Shown in pieces: positions 33,503-47,042 of a DNA stretch of 64,000 bases. The notes below the pieces were generated by a model. It was not told where the DNA came from. It did not search any database and saw only the letters and a program-made list of their open reading frames with translations. Within the stretch, counting starts at the first letter, position 1, and each line of letters opens with the position of its first letter. The DNA is from Perna viridis (Eukaryota). Both the position numbers and the translations under genes were made by a program. The DNA lies in the NCBI GenBank assembly GCA_037379345.1, contig CM074516.1, positions 5,518,001 to 5,582,000 on the forward strand, read 5' to 3'.

Positions 33503-36500
33503 CTATCCTACTTGCCACTGAAATGATAATGACAATAAAAGAACAGTGTTCCAATGTCTCAAGCATAAAAAGATACATTTCAAACTTTAAATTCACTGAA
33601 ATTTCAAAGTCTGAGGGCTATAACTTCTGTAAAAATCATTCAACCATTACCAGAGTCAAACTTAATCTGTAACTTCTTATTGTAAGACTACATACAAAAG
33701 ATAAATCAAAAGCATTATAAAATAAGTGCAGAAAACTTTAAATTCACTGAAATTTTCTGTCTAGGGTCCGTAACTTCTGTGAAATCATTCAACCATAACC
33801 AAAGTCAACCTTAATCTGTAACTCTTCATAATAAGGCTACATACAAAAAAACAAACTTATTTGGTAGGAGCATTACAAAAAATGTGGCAAACTGGACAGA
33901 CGGACACCCGGCATTTCCATGTCCCCTAATGATGCATTGTGGGGGACAAAAAAATAGAATACTTGTGCGTTATGAGTCAATGTGTTAAAGTAATAATAAC
34001 TTATAAGTTACTGTAGTTATAAGTTTCATAAAGCAAATATTTTTTATCATATGAACAGTATCAAAGTGTCAATATTCAGTATGTTACAAGAAAATCATTA
34101 AAGGAGGAAAAGTCTATATGATGTCACTATTTACTTAGTATGAAGTTTGACAACATGCCACTATATCCAAATCTAGGTATACCTCAACTTATTTCACAAC
34201 TACACTAAAATAAAAAGCAGTTTACTATATGCCAAAACTGTCACAAATAATATTTAAGAAATTGTCTCCTTCCAAATTTGCTACAAAAGTAAAAAACATC
34301 ACTGCTTTTAACAGCACATTTTTTTCCCAAAATTTGAAAAAAAAATCAGCCAATAAACTCAAACCCTGTCTGAAAATTATGCTCATAGCTCTAATTTCAT
34401 ACCTTAAGTCCCCCTTCACCAGGTGATTGTGCATCTGCTTTCTTTTCTGCTTCATCTCTTCTCTGTTGTTTTCTTTTAACACCTTCTGGATCTTTCAGGC
34501 CTCTTGCTTCATTTGCTTTCTGTCGCTGCTGAGCAGCTTCTGCTTGTTGTCTTCTTCTTGTTTCCTGTAATAAATCAAAACATTAAGTGCAGGGATCACT
34601 TTAGGATGGGGTCATGGGCCATTAGCCCCAAGAATGAAAAAATGATCCAAAAAGATAGGTCAATGCCCCACTTATTAATTTTTTTTTTGGGAGGGGTTGA
34701 AATAATATTTCAAATCACACACTGCATGTCACAAGAATGAGTCATTGACCCAATATGAGAACTCAGAAGTGAATATAACTTTAAACTGTATAGACACACA
34801 TGTAAACCATCTTTAAAAAACAACACTTAGAATAGATGAAAATGATTTATTTAATTGTGTAACATTGAACAACATCTTCCAAATATGGGTTAGTTCAGTT
34901 ATTTAAAAAAATGCTTCTTTTTTTGCATGTACTCATTGACAAAAACTAGAGGCTCTAAAATGCCTGAACACTCACCAGGCTCACTAAACAACATTCTATT
35001 TTAGTAAATGCTGCCATGATTTTCTTGGATAAAAATTCCTAACACCAATACCTAGGGAACAATAATATCAATTTTCATTAAATTCTGTCAATTGTTTCTG
35101 AGAATTTTAACAACATTAAAAATAGCAAAAGATGTTGAAGAAGGGCAATAACTTCAGCATGGCTGAGCAGATTTACACAAAAATTTGACTACTGACCTTT
35201 ACTGAACTTTAGTCTGACCCTATGTTCTATTTATAGAAACAGGGTCTTTATTTTACAATGGATCAAAAATACCTATAACAGTTCTATGCAGAACACCCCA
35301 AGAAATATACCAAGTTTGGTTCTAATTTGTCTAGTAGTGTCAGAGGAGATTTTTAAAAAAAAACATAAAAATAGTGAAAAAAAATGTTGAAAAAGGACAA
35401 TAACTCCAACATGGATTAACAGATATACACAAAAATTTGACCACAGATAGATCTTTATACAGTATTATATACACGAGCATGTTACCTTCTTTAATGGAAC
35501 ATGTTACTACCAATATATAATTGAATACATAAATAAATGTTTAGCCTTATCAATTAAATAAAGTATTAGTTAAAGACACCTCCGCTCCAGTTTTTCAACA
35601 TGGTTACTGTTAGAACTGTCGTTTCTTTTATCTTTGGATTTGTGTATTGTGTCATAACCACTTATTGTAAATGTGTTTGAACAAATAAATATTTGTATTT
35701 GTATTTGTACTATATTATGCAGTAAAATTTTATAATTATCATCGTCTCATATACTAGTTATCACATCAGTCAAAATAGACAATTATAATTATGACAACAC
35801 TGCAATAGCCCTTATGATGATGGTCAAAAAATTATTTCCAGTGCCAAATCCAAAAAGAGATTATGACAGCCTCAAGCTGTCCCACATTTTATGGTGGTAT
35901 AAAGAAAATAAAGCATTAATGGAGCATTAAGTGTTACCCCACCACATAATGGTGAAAAAGGGGCATGTCAAAGTGTTCAAAATAGCCTCAGCATATGTCA
36001 TTGAAATTTGAAAACTACATTATGTATTATGCTGAAAATTGAACTAACTAAACCTGTATTTTATGGAACAAAAAACTGCAAATTTTTTTTAATCATGGAA
36101 ATGTTCCAAGGGGCTGGACAGACTGACTCAACTACTTGGAGGGTATCATATAATACATTTATAACAAGGATGCAAATATATTATTATGGGTGTAAATCAA
36201 TGGCAGTGCTGGCATTTGGCCACTTGCCTGTAGCTAGTAAAAATTTATTCTGCTTAGTGAAATGATGTTTACATAACTTTTGGGCTAGTTGAATCCTATA
36301 CAGTCCTCTATTATTCAGGCTAGTCATTGAGAATTTTGGAGTAAAGGACTGTAATGGTCCTATTTTTATTCTTTTCAGAAGGAGATCACAAATATTATTA
36401 AAAGAGCTAATGACATATATCTGTATATGACCACTGCAAAGCTCTGTCATAGGTCATGATAGGAATTGGATACAAAGTCAAAGATTTTTTTAATAGTAGT

Positions 36501-36639
36501 TTTAAGTTCCTTGGGCAAAAAAACTGAGAAAGTGTTGTTGTTTTAGAAGCAATATTTGTAATGAAAGAAGTGTGTTTACTGGTGATGGCTGGTCGTAGTC
36601 ATCAGCTTGCCCTCCAAGACAAGGCAAACACAATCCCAT
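33503..36639 (-). CDS. SVIP: Small VCP/p97-interacting protein (78 aa), 3 coding exons: 36639-36580, 34564-34403, 33517-33503
   Basis: GT-AG phase-0 joins give MGLCLPCLGGQADDYDQPSP|ETRRRQQAEAAQQRQKANEARGLKDPEGVKRKQQRRDEAEKKADAQSPGEGGLK|WQVG*. It has the MGLC..C acylation start, VIM R-x5-AA-x2-R and the EGGL.W.V C-terminus of SVIP. Confidence 0.92.
33530..33955 (+). mobile_element. Helentron/HINE-like (pearl-like) non-autonomous element in SVIP intron 2
   Basis: Two ~150-bp core repeats (AAATTCACTGAAAT...CTTAATCTGTAACT), a GGACAGACGGACA microsatellite and a short terminal palindrome TGTCCCC...GGGGACA. Confidence 0.65.
34943..35455 (+). mobile_element. HINE-like element fragment (same family as 57990-58516, opposite orientation)
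   Basis: Start AACTAGAGGCTC...GCCTG...CTCACC matches the reverse complement of GGTGAG...CAGGC...GAGCCTCTTGT; shared CCAAGTTTGGTTCTAATT core. Confidence 0.6.
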
Positions 36640-37598
36640 ATTTTCTGAGAAGGTACTCCTTTGGACAATTTTTTCAATGATATAAGCATTAAGTAAATCC
36701 AAAGGATCCTATAGAACGTTTCAGTACTTTACGAAAATATGAAAAATAATTTGTGACTTGCATTTTTCTAATGAACGAATTATACAAGAAATATATTTTA
36801 AAACACGAAGTTTACTATCAGAATGAATGAAATGAATACGTTATTGTAGTTTTCGCCCCTTACAACATCAATGTTTATGACAGAATCACTAAGCGTGACA
36901 AGTGGGATTAGTAGATGTTCTACATATTTTCAGATTATACATAGCAGTAAAACTATTCCTTGTTCAATTGTGAGCTTTTCAAAAATATCTCATGAACCTG
37001 ACTTCTCGAATTTCAGAAAATATACTGTCATTTATTGTCATCGCGCATTCAAAATACACCATCCAAAAGAAAATTGTGGATGGATTTAGACCGGAAACTA
37101 AAATGAACTAATATAGCGCATTCCAAATCGTTTCAGTCTTACGATTTTAAAACTACTCATTAAAATAATATATTTTACATGTATAGTTGAAATTGTTTGG
37201 ATCGAATTTTTTTCATTCGATATCTTGGTGTTTCTGGTACATGTATAATTGTAGAGTCCAGGTACATGTACATTTTTTAAGTGTACATTCCCATTGGCCT
37301 TAGTGTCATTTTCTCTGAATTTACAAGGCTGTAATTCAGTTATTTCACCTTGTTTGTGTTCCTCTAAATAATTGTCCGTACTGGAATGTAGGCGAATTGA
37401 CCTTCTACCATATTTATATGTATTCCATAAGCGTGCATGCATCAGACTGATGATCAGTTATATATATCGTCACTTATTTATTTGTTAAACAATATTTGCT
37501 TAGACTTCACTGTTATTTCATATATTGTTTCATAGATGAGTCAGTTTAAAGCAAGATGTACTTGAGAGGCGTACCAGTTGTTATGCATTTCATAAAAA

Positions 37599-40500
37599 AT
37601 GCTGCGGCACAGTAAATATAAACAGAATAACAGGTATGACATGGTATGACTACTAGTGATGCACTGATCATTTCAACCACAAACTTATCAGTTCCTTTTT
37701 CTCGATTTGGTCATCAAATTTCAGTTTAAGGCGTAGCTTTGTTCTACCTGTATATTGTGCATTTGTTTGATGTATAATTTCATCCATTTTAAAGGTGTAT
37801 CCCATGATTAATTGGGGTGTAAATACATAAGAAATTGAAAGTTTATGTGAACTATTTGAGTTTTCAGCATTGACATATATGAAATAATGTAAATTTAGGA
37901 AACATACATGTATGTTCTTATATCAATTTTTTTACAGCTGTCCATCCCCATCAACAGTAGCCATGAGGCGACCTTTCATAATAGATTCAGTCGATCAATG
38001 GCTGTTAGATATTCAGGGGGCAGTGGAGATGGAATGTATGTCTGTTTTACAGGGAAAGTCTATACTCAAACACATGGACAAGTATGCCATCAACTCAGCT
38101 GCTATCAGAAGTATGTATTTGAATATAGCTAGAAGAATCCAACTCAGTTTATACAATTGCTATTAACTGCTTTTACATGAAGTGCATTGCAAACAAGATA
38201 TTAAATGAAGACTGGTTGACATTAAACCATAGTCATGTTTGAGTCCCTGATGAAAATTTTGGAGTGAACATGAATTTTGTCTTTCTTAGTTCAATTTTTC
38301 AAAAAAAAGAACAAAAAAACACTGAGACAAAATAAGCAGGAAGTATTGTAGATTATAATCATAAGAAAATAAAAAAAATTATATTTATTATTTCTATAAT
38401 TTCAGGTGCTATCAATACAATCAGGAATGAATCTCATCTTATTAGTGGAGAATTTTCTAAACTTTACAAGTAGGTGCATGCATTCTTATATCAAGTTTAC
38501 CAATATTTGGAAAGTAAGATATGACACACAATGTACATTTAATTTATAGTTAACACATGCCAGAGGTGACATATAATATTACAGCATTATGTTTAAGTGC
38601 AGACATGATTTTTTTTTCTGCTTTAAGCGGAATTCCGCTATTTCAAATTCAGAGTTTATCATTATGATTCTTTTTTTACTGTATATTTAGTTCCGATTTT
38701 GCCAATTTCCACTTTGTTGATGTTGTAAAAATCACCTCTGTGTCAGTCTCTGCAAGAATCAGGCAGTGTGTGAAACGTATGAAAAAATCCACCATATTTA
38801 AAGTTGAATTTGACTATTTGCACTATCAGAATCAAGGAAAAGAGACAAGATTTTCCATATCATTTTGGTAAATTGAGTTATAATTTAACTCGTATGCACA
38901 TAAAATGAACATTTCAAGGGCAGATAATTCCGTCAAAAACCTCATTTTTTTACATTCTATTGAAAATTTCTGAGCAAATCCAGTGATGCAGAGATCAGAT
39001 AATGGTCTTTTCAAATAGAGAAAGCATCCTTAAGTGAAATTGTATTGTCAGATTGGTGGGTTTTTGACATGCATGTTACTGAGTTATCCCATTTTGCTTG
39101 AATACATTAACACACATATTCCATTCTTCCTTCGTATACTTAACATCTTATCTAAGGCCACATCTCCTGTAAAATCATTTTAAAGTTCAAAAAGGTAGTC
39201 CTCATACAAGGGAATACTACTGCCATCACGCAACTTATGATTTTTTTTTATACAGAAGTGTGAATGGTGAAAAATGGAAGAATGTGTACCCCTACACAAT
39301 TCAAGTTACCTGTCACATCCGTTCACTGATTCATGAATGTAATGAGACGATGCCTAATGCTCCTACATACATTTTGGAGGTAATTATATTGAAGAATCAA
39401 GTAGAAAATTAGATTACTATAATCAAGCAGAGAACTTGAAATAACATAAACAGTACATCCAATGGTAATTTACTCACATAATGATATTTAAATTGTGATT
39501 GCAGCTGTAACACTTTACTTAGATTTTTATTTTGCTGTCATCTATTTTTTTAAGCATTAAATTGATGCACACATATTCATTAAAGATGTTTACTATATGA
39601 CTATAAATAACCACATTTTTGATTGGTTCAATTGGTACTTAATGGTCCTTTGCAAATTATGATGATCACTATGCAAAATGGCATGTGAGGTATCCATCTT
39701 ATATGAAAACTTCAGTGTGTACCCAAATATAGAATCAGCTTAAGTCCTATAATTTATTTTTAAATCATTATTTTTGATTGGTTGATATATTAAGAATTTT
39801 TTTTTTGACAATGGCCTCTCTCCTTACTTAGTGTTTATGTTCATTCAACAATGACATTTTTTTTATTAGGGAAAGACTGAAAGAAAAACACACACATACA
39901 AAAAAGTTCAAACACACTCAAAAAAGTAAACAATTGATGAATTCCTTATTGAATTTAGCCGTTTAGTATACTATTGTCATTCTGAAAGGTGTGGATGGGC
40001 TTGTTGTAGATGGAAGCATTGGGACAGATTAGTCATATGATTAAACAATTGATAACTTTGGATTTCAGTTAATATCATGATTAATCAACCCTCACGATAT
40101 TGTGGCCTCAATCATTATTAGCTCTCTCTAGTTGATAAATCATGATATTAACCTCATCCAAATTCATTAATTGTAGTGTTCTTTTATAGTTCTCATTTGC
40201 AAGTGCAGAGTGTTGTTTCAGATCATTTTCTAGATGTGTAATTAATGTCTTTTGCAGCAACAAGAGGTAGTGATGGGGGAGTGTGCAAAGCTTGCTCAAC
40301 TGGTGGAAAAGTAAGTTTATATATGATATTATTGTTAACTTGCCTTCCTTTATTGGCTTGCTATGCTATGAAAACTATGCTAAACTGTAGTAAGGTTTTT
40401 AGCAGAAGATATATAACAACGATAACAATGGATAATCAGTTGGCTCACCTTTACTTATTGGAATAGACAATCAGTCGCCCCCCCCCATTAACCAATGGTA

Positions 40501-43500
40501 ATAGATAATCAGTTGACAATTTTAACTCATTGCACAACACCAATTTTATGTCAAGATAATTTGAGCACAAGTTGTTGTATAAAACACCATCAAGATTAAT
40601 TAATGGGATACATGTTTCATCCAAAAAAAAAAAAAAAAATCAACAAATGCAACCTGAGGAATGAGAACTGAAAAATATATTCTTAAAGCCTTCCTATATT
40701 TGTAAGTAATTTTTCATTCTTTATTGCAGATTTTTGCAAGATTTTGTTAGACATTTTTGTATTGCTTATACATTTACAATTTCATGTTTACTGTCTAAGA
40801 TGGCATCTTCAATTTTTTTTTAATTGCAATTTGTACCTTACAGTACCACTGCCAAGTCAGAAGAGAATCCATCAAGGATACCTGTAGTCAACCAACTAAC
40901 CTTCCTTGGTCAGGCCTTCAGCAGAATGGTGGATCTTTGTTTAGGACATATGACACAGGTTTGTTAGCATTATGTTAGTTTTTTTAGACATACAGTACAC
41001 CTTGGCTGCATCTTGCCTTTCCCCACTGTCCACGATGGAAGTGGATACATAACTTTCTATATTTGGTAACATATATTTGGTTTACATTATTTCTCCATAA
41101 TTATTTATTAAATTTAAGTTAAGATTTCAACATGACAGCTTTAGTAAGCATGTTCAGATCTTAATTTTAGCATAGAGAGTGGTGACTTAATTTAAGTCAA
41201 GAATACGCTGAAATAGAATCAGTTTTTCTTATGAAATCTGTAGAAACTTGGAAAATGTTAAATGGTTGGAAAAGTCTCACAGAAATTCAATCAACTCCCA
41301 GTTTTTAAAAAGTCAAATGCATCTTTAATCACCAGCTTTGAAAGTAAGAAATTGTTATTTTGTTGCTTTGACATTTAGACTAAAGAAATGTTTCCCCACC
41401 AGGATGAAAAATGTCAACTCAAGACCAAGTGTATGTAATGCTTGAGAAGTGGAAAAATATTATAGTAAACTTAACTAAAACATGAAAAAAGTCAAAAAAA
41501 TTATCACATCTGAAGCTGATATTACAATAACTGGAATCTGGTATCTTTGTTTATGTCTGAATAAGGTCTATTGCTGATGTCTACTACAGTATGCCTTGCA
41601 GTGACCATCTTTCATGAATATTAGGAATAAGTATGACCAGTGTAATGTTAATCTTTTATTTCTACATTTCAGAAAATCATCACTACATTAGATGAAGCTA
41701 ATGAACCAGCAACATTAGCTACAGCAATGAGAACCATAGTTACTCTAGGGTTAGAGGGAGAACATATGTGTTACATTATTGCAAGGGTAAGCTTGTAAAT
41801 TTAGGACGTGGGTGTTATAATATCGCAAAAGCATGGAAAGCACAGTATTATATCAGAGTGGGGAGAATACTGCAACTTATTCATGATTATATCCTCTATT
41901 TTTGTTGAAAAACCAAATTATCTTGCATGTCACCCAGCCTTACAGCTAGTTTCTTTTAATGAATGATGAATTTTTAATTAATATCTCCTTTATTTTTCTA
42001 ACACAGGAAGGAGGAGTAAGAGCCTTGTTAGAAATCTGCAGGACTGAATCATTAGAGTTTGCACATTGTCAAGCACTGAGAGCTTTAGCCACCATATCAT
42101 GTGTTGCAGAGAGTCTGTTTGAAATAGAAAAGGTAACATGTGCATTAATTTACCACATGTAATTCTATGCTCTAAACCTTGTTGTGTCTAGTTTAATATT
42201 CATAAATGAGTTCATTTAAATAATTAGAGAATAATCCCAACTGTCTACACCAGACAGGAAAATTTAATTGTTTACAAAATCATACTATTTGTAAGCTAAC
42301 TATATGAAGTAGGTTTCTTATTTTAAAGTTTTTTGTCTTTCCGAAGTTTTGTTACAATGGAAATATATTTGCTGTGATAAAGTTTTAGTTTATTCCTATA
42401 TGCAGGAAGGTGGTGTAGAGACATTGATAGAGATTTTATGTGACACTACTGTAGGAGAAAAGGTCAGAGGTGAAGTAGCAGGTGTTATTGCACAGATTAC
42501 TTCCCCTTGTTTAGAAAATTACCAACAGATGTCAGACCTAGTTGACAATTTAGAGGATCTTCTCAGGGCTTTATTAGGTATTTTTATATTACAGTCGAAC
42601 TTCACTCGCTCGAACTCAGATGGCTCAAACACCTGGGATTTCTCGAACACAATCCAAAGTACCAAACTTTTATACTATATAATTAATAGAAATAACCTTT
42701 AATTTCTCGAACACTTGAACCAACTTGTCAGTCCGTTCAGTAATAAATCTTAGAGAATAACCCACACTAACTTGAACTTGTCAGCTTGGGTAATAAAAGG
42801 TGTGCAAAACTGAAACACTATCACTAATCAAAGTGTCATTTTAGTTAATTACAGGTAATATTTTGTTTATCACTAATTAGGTAGTTTTAATATAACATAA
42901 TACTGAGTGATGTTGGAGAGTGTTCCAAAGTTGGCATAATGTAAGCATAAAAAAATTAGATGGAAACAAATTATTGACCAAGGAACTTTAACTCTGAAAG
43001 TTTTTCAAAAGCAAACACATCATTTTTAATGTCCATAAATCAAAATAACTATCCAAAAACTTATTAACAGAGAACAAATAAAACCTTTGTAGAAAGTATG
43101 CAATTTTTAACTATAAAGCCAATGTCCGAAAGATATCCAGAAAAATAATGAACTTACTTAATGAACTCCCAGTAACTCTAACACATTTCAATGATCCCAT
43201 GGAGTTTGAGCTACCAAGGTTTGACTGTATATATGAAGAAGAATTAAAATAAAAATAATATTTGAGGTTTCTTCTTATCTGGCATAGAATGATTTGTGCA
43301 ACATTGCATATTTTTGGTGAGAGGTACAATGTAACATGAAATTTCCACATATTTGTCTTCACAAGTAAATATCAAACTCCTCATGAAAAAGTACCCATGG
43401 GACAATAATGCAGCGTTGAATTTCTGTTCAAAATAAATTGAGAGAGCACACTCTAGCATTGATTCTGTATAGGACTGGGGAGCACACAAAAAATTTAAAA

Positions 43501-46500
43501 TGAGCTCTTTTCTATGAAATCAATGAACCGTAAGATGGACAAAAATAAATAAGATAACCACCAAACATTGTATCTGCTATAAAAGTACAGTGAAACCTGT
43601 CCAAACCAAACCCTGAATAATCCAAAATCCTGTCCAACCAGACCCTGAATAATCCTAAATCCTGTCCAAACCAAACCCTGAATAATCCAAAATCCTGTCC
43701 AAACCAGACTGAATAATCCAGAATCCTGTCCCAACCAAACACTGAATAATCCTAATTCCTGTCCAAACCAGACTGAATAATCCTAAATCTTGTCTAAACC
43801 AGACCCTGAGTAATCCAAAATCCTGTCCAAATCAGACTGAATAATCCAAATTCCTGTCTAAATCAAACCCTGAATAATCCAAAATCCTGTCTAAACCAAA
43901 CCCTAAATAATCCAAAATCCTGTCCAAACCAGACCCTGAATAATTGAAAAAATGTTGTCCAAACCAGACCCTGAATAATCCAAAATTCTGTCTAAACCAA
44001 ACCCTGAATAATCCAAAATCCTGTCTAAACCAAACTCTAAATAATCCTAAATCTTGTCTAAACCAGACCCTGAATAGTCCCAAATCCTGTCCAAACCAGA
44101 CCCTGAATAATCCCAAATCCTGTCCAAACCAAACCCTGAATAATCCAAAATCCTGTCCAAACCAGACACACTTCAAAGTCCCTTTTAAAAATGTATTTTG
44201 AACCTGGGTAAACCATACTGTCAAAACCAAACAGATTTTAAAGTCCAAAAGGTTTCATTGTATATACCTCTTAATTTTTGGGTGGAAACTCACAATTTTA
44301 CAAGTGAGAATATTGAACTCTAGTATATATTGAGTACATGTATTTATGATTCAGGTTTGGCCAGTACAACTGAGTCTTATGAGATATTCCTGCTATCATC
44401 GGCAGCTATAGCTAATATTACATTCATGGACAGTCTTGGCTGTGAAATACTAGCTCAGTATGAAGCCCCTAGGATTCTTATAAAGGCATGTGGAACTTCT
44501 ATAGCTAAATCTGTATTTGCTAAAGACCAGGTATGTAAAAAATTACAAGTGGTACTATTTTATTACTGTGAAATGTGTGTTGTAACATTATGAAAATTGT
44601 CATTCTGCTGCATGTTTTGTAGATTCTTCTAAATCTTACAACATTTCTTTCGTATGAAGTAATAAAACTATAAAAAAAAAACCTGAGAGGAGGTGGTGTA
44701 GTTCAATGTCTACAATAATAATTTAACTTGATTTATAAAAAGCTTTCTGATTGGTTGGTTCTCTTTGAGCAAACCAAATTATTTTGTATAACCTGGCTTG
44801 ATACTATGACGTTGATTGATCCACACTGCTATTCAAATAATGCCACACAAAAAAAAAACAAAAAAAAGAAGCATTTTGATCACAAATCAATTATTAATAT
44901 TTGGACTATCACTCATTAGAAATTAAAGCAGAAACATTCTTTAAATAATTTAATCTGATTTGTAAGTAGCATTCTGATTGGTTGGTTCTCTTTGAGCAAA
45001 CCAGGTTATTTTGTATAACCTGGCTTGGTATTATGACATGTTCAAAAATTAGAAACATTCTTTAATTAGAGTAAACTGATGTGATGTGACAGCAATGATT
45101 GGATAATGATCTGAGGGTGTCAAAGTCGTCCGTATATGAACAGGGTAAAATATATAATGGATTTTGTTTTTGATAGAACAACAAAATGTCATAGAAATCA
45201 CTATACTTTACATCTTTTTCTTAGGTTGTTACTGTTTTAGCCAATATGGTGGCAGTTGACATGTGTAGACCTAGTATTATAAACAGTAATGGAATCAGTC
45301 TATGTTTAGAACTTTTAAACATCTGTCCATCAAATTATAAATCGGCACCAGAGATATCAGCTTGTGAACGGGTACAGCAGAAGGCAGCCATTGCTTTAAC
45401 AAGGATGTGTCGGGATGAAGAAGTTGGCAAAGTCATAGTATCATCCTCAGGTATTGAATTGATCATTGAACTTTTTAAGGCTTACTTAAGAAAACTTCTT
45501 AGTTTTCAAAGCGCAAAATATTCCAGGTCTAAAAATGGCACTCAAGCAGGTTAGGGGCAAATTTAAGGGCACTTCATGCAAACATTAACATCTATTTAAG
45601 AAAAGTTGACAGAAAAGGGCAGGGTGTTTATAAAATCCATGAAAAAAGGACATGGCACCTGTGCCTACCCCAAACTGTCTGTCTAGAACACTATCTCAGA
45701 CCCTCTATAAAAAGCGAAAGCACTGGACATAAACTTCCTAAAACTGGGAAAATGGCTGTGATCCAAGAAATGTTGATTTAAGTCAGCATTCAAAGATTTC
45801 AAACATGAATAATAAATACAGATTATTTCATGTCATGTTCATATTTTCATATTGCATGTTTTACAACACTAAAGTTTTTGATATTGAGAGCTTCAAGGCA
45901 TTGCTTGAAAGCCATTGATAAAGATGTAGAAAAGCATGCAGTAATAACTCGTAGCAATGAATACTGTTACAAACATATGCAGTAATTTCATTACAACCAG
46001 ACCAGATTCTGTTTTGCTATTTTTTATCCAGATTAATCATTTACTGTTCATTCGTTTCTGGTTCTGTCACTTTCTGCTGATGGCCTAAAATCAGTTCAGA
46101 ATTTCGAGTCAAAAGAATGTATCTGAATGGGATAATATGCCTTTATTTGGTCTGTTATTTGTGCTTCAGACTACAAAGATCATTCAATCAATATGATTTT
46201 AGGTATACCCAGACTGGTACAGTTGTGTAGAGATGCTAAGGAAAGAAACAAAAGTGAGGCAGTATTAGTGGCCTGTTTAGTAAGTATTTATTTAAGTCTG
46301 ATGATAATGAAAAAAAAATTATAAAAGAAATCAGTTTGTACTTATAGGCATTCCTCAACCAGTACAATTAAAACATTTTAAATTAACAACATACTGTAAT
46401 TTTTATGCCCAGCTACACAAATTTACAAGTTGTCATGTGGTACTCTCTGTCTGTCTCTTGGCGCTTTATTTATTATAACTTTAGAAGATACCAGATGATT

Positions 46501-47042
46501 TTTTTTTCTTCACAATTTGTATAGTTAGTAAGTATAAAATACAGATCAAGTTCAAATATCAGTTTGATTGGATAAATAAATCAAATGTTTCAAAAATTTT
46601 TGTCGATGAAGTTTGCGTTATGGTTTCACCATTGATCTCCAGCTGTGATTGCACAAAATATAGAATGAAGGAACCATGAAACTAAATACTAGTTTGGAAA
46701 AGCTTCAAAGAATACAGTGACTGTGGGAGATCCAGGGGTTGGATTTCCCCCTTTTTGGAAAGAATTTGTTAGTATTGTGCAAACCTTTGGCAAAAATGAG
46801 CATATAATAGACTGAATTCTGCTTTTTCAAAATCTGTGGATCTGCCCCTGGTGAATGCTTGGATCCACTGTCCTTTCACTTTCAATGGTTTTCTTTTTTT
46901 TCTCTCTCAGGCAGCATTAAGGAAGATCAACTCACAATGTCAATCAACCAACATCAGCCCAGTGGACTATCAGCAATTAATACAACCCAGGCTAATGGAC
47001 TCATTTCTTATCTGCACAAACACTGATGAAAACTTTGTATGA
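37599..47042 (+). CDS. INSC: Inscuteable homolog (~528 aa), 13 coding exons: 37599-37633, 37938-38110, 38406-38469, 39256-39379, 40258-40310, 40844-40958, 41673-41786, 42007-42132, 42406-42577, 44355-44530, 45225-45450, 46203-46279, 46911-47042
   Basis: All introns are GT-AG with consistent phase (1587 nt). LGN/Pins-binding peptide DSVDQWLLDIQ...MECMSVLQGKSI; ARM-like repeats (EGGVRALLEIC, ACERVQQKAAIALTR, ERNKSEAVLVACLAALRKI); C-terminus LMDSFLIC...ENFV*. The first exon/start codon is the least certain part. Confidence 0.92.
42592..43227. mobile_element. Tc1/mariner-type MITE (TA TSD) in INSC intron
   Basis: TA|CAGTCGAACTTCACTCGCTCGAACTC ... GAGTTTGAGCTACCAAGGTTTGACTG|TA. Confidence 0.75.
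43588..44260. mobile_element. Tc1/mariner-type MITE with expanded 28-30 bp subterminal tandem array (~19 units, 43595-44167)
   Basis: TA|CAGTGAAACC...GGTTTCATTG|TA; unit CCTGTCCAAACCAGACCCTGAATAATCCAAAAT. Confidence 0.85.

Noticed and set aside
34225-34740. ORF-track proteins at 34225-34482 and 34504-34740
   Set aside because: Wrong frame or strand over SVIP exon 2.
43495-44248. ORFs with 10-aa repeats (FRVWFGQDLGL / NNPKSCPNQTL)
   Set aside because: Read-through of a 30-bp tandem array within an intronic MITE.
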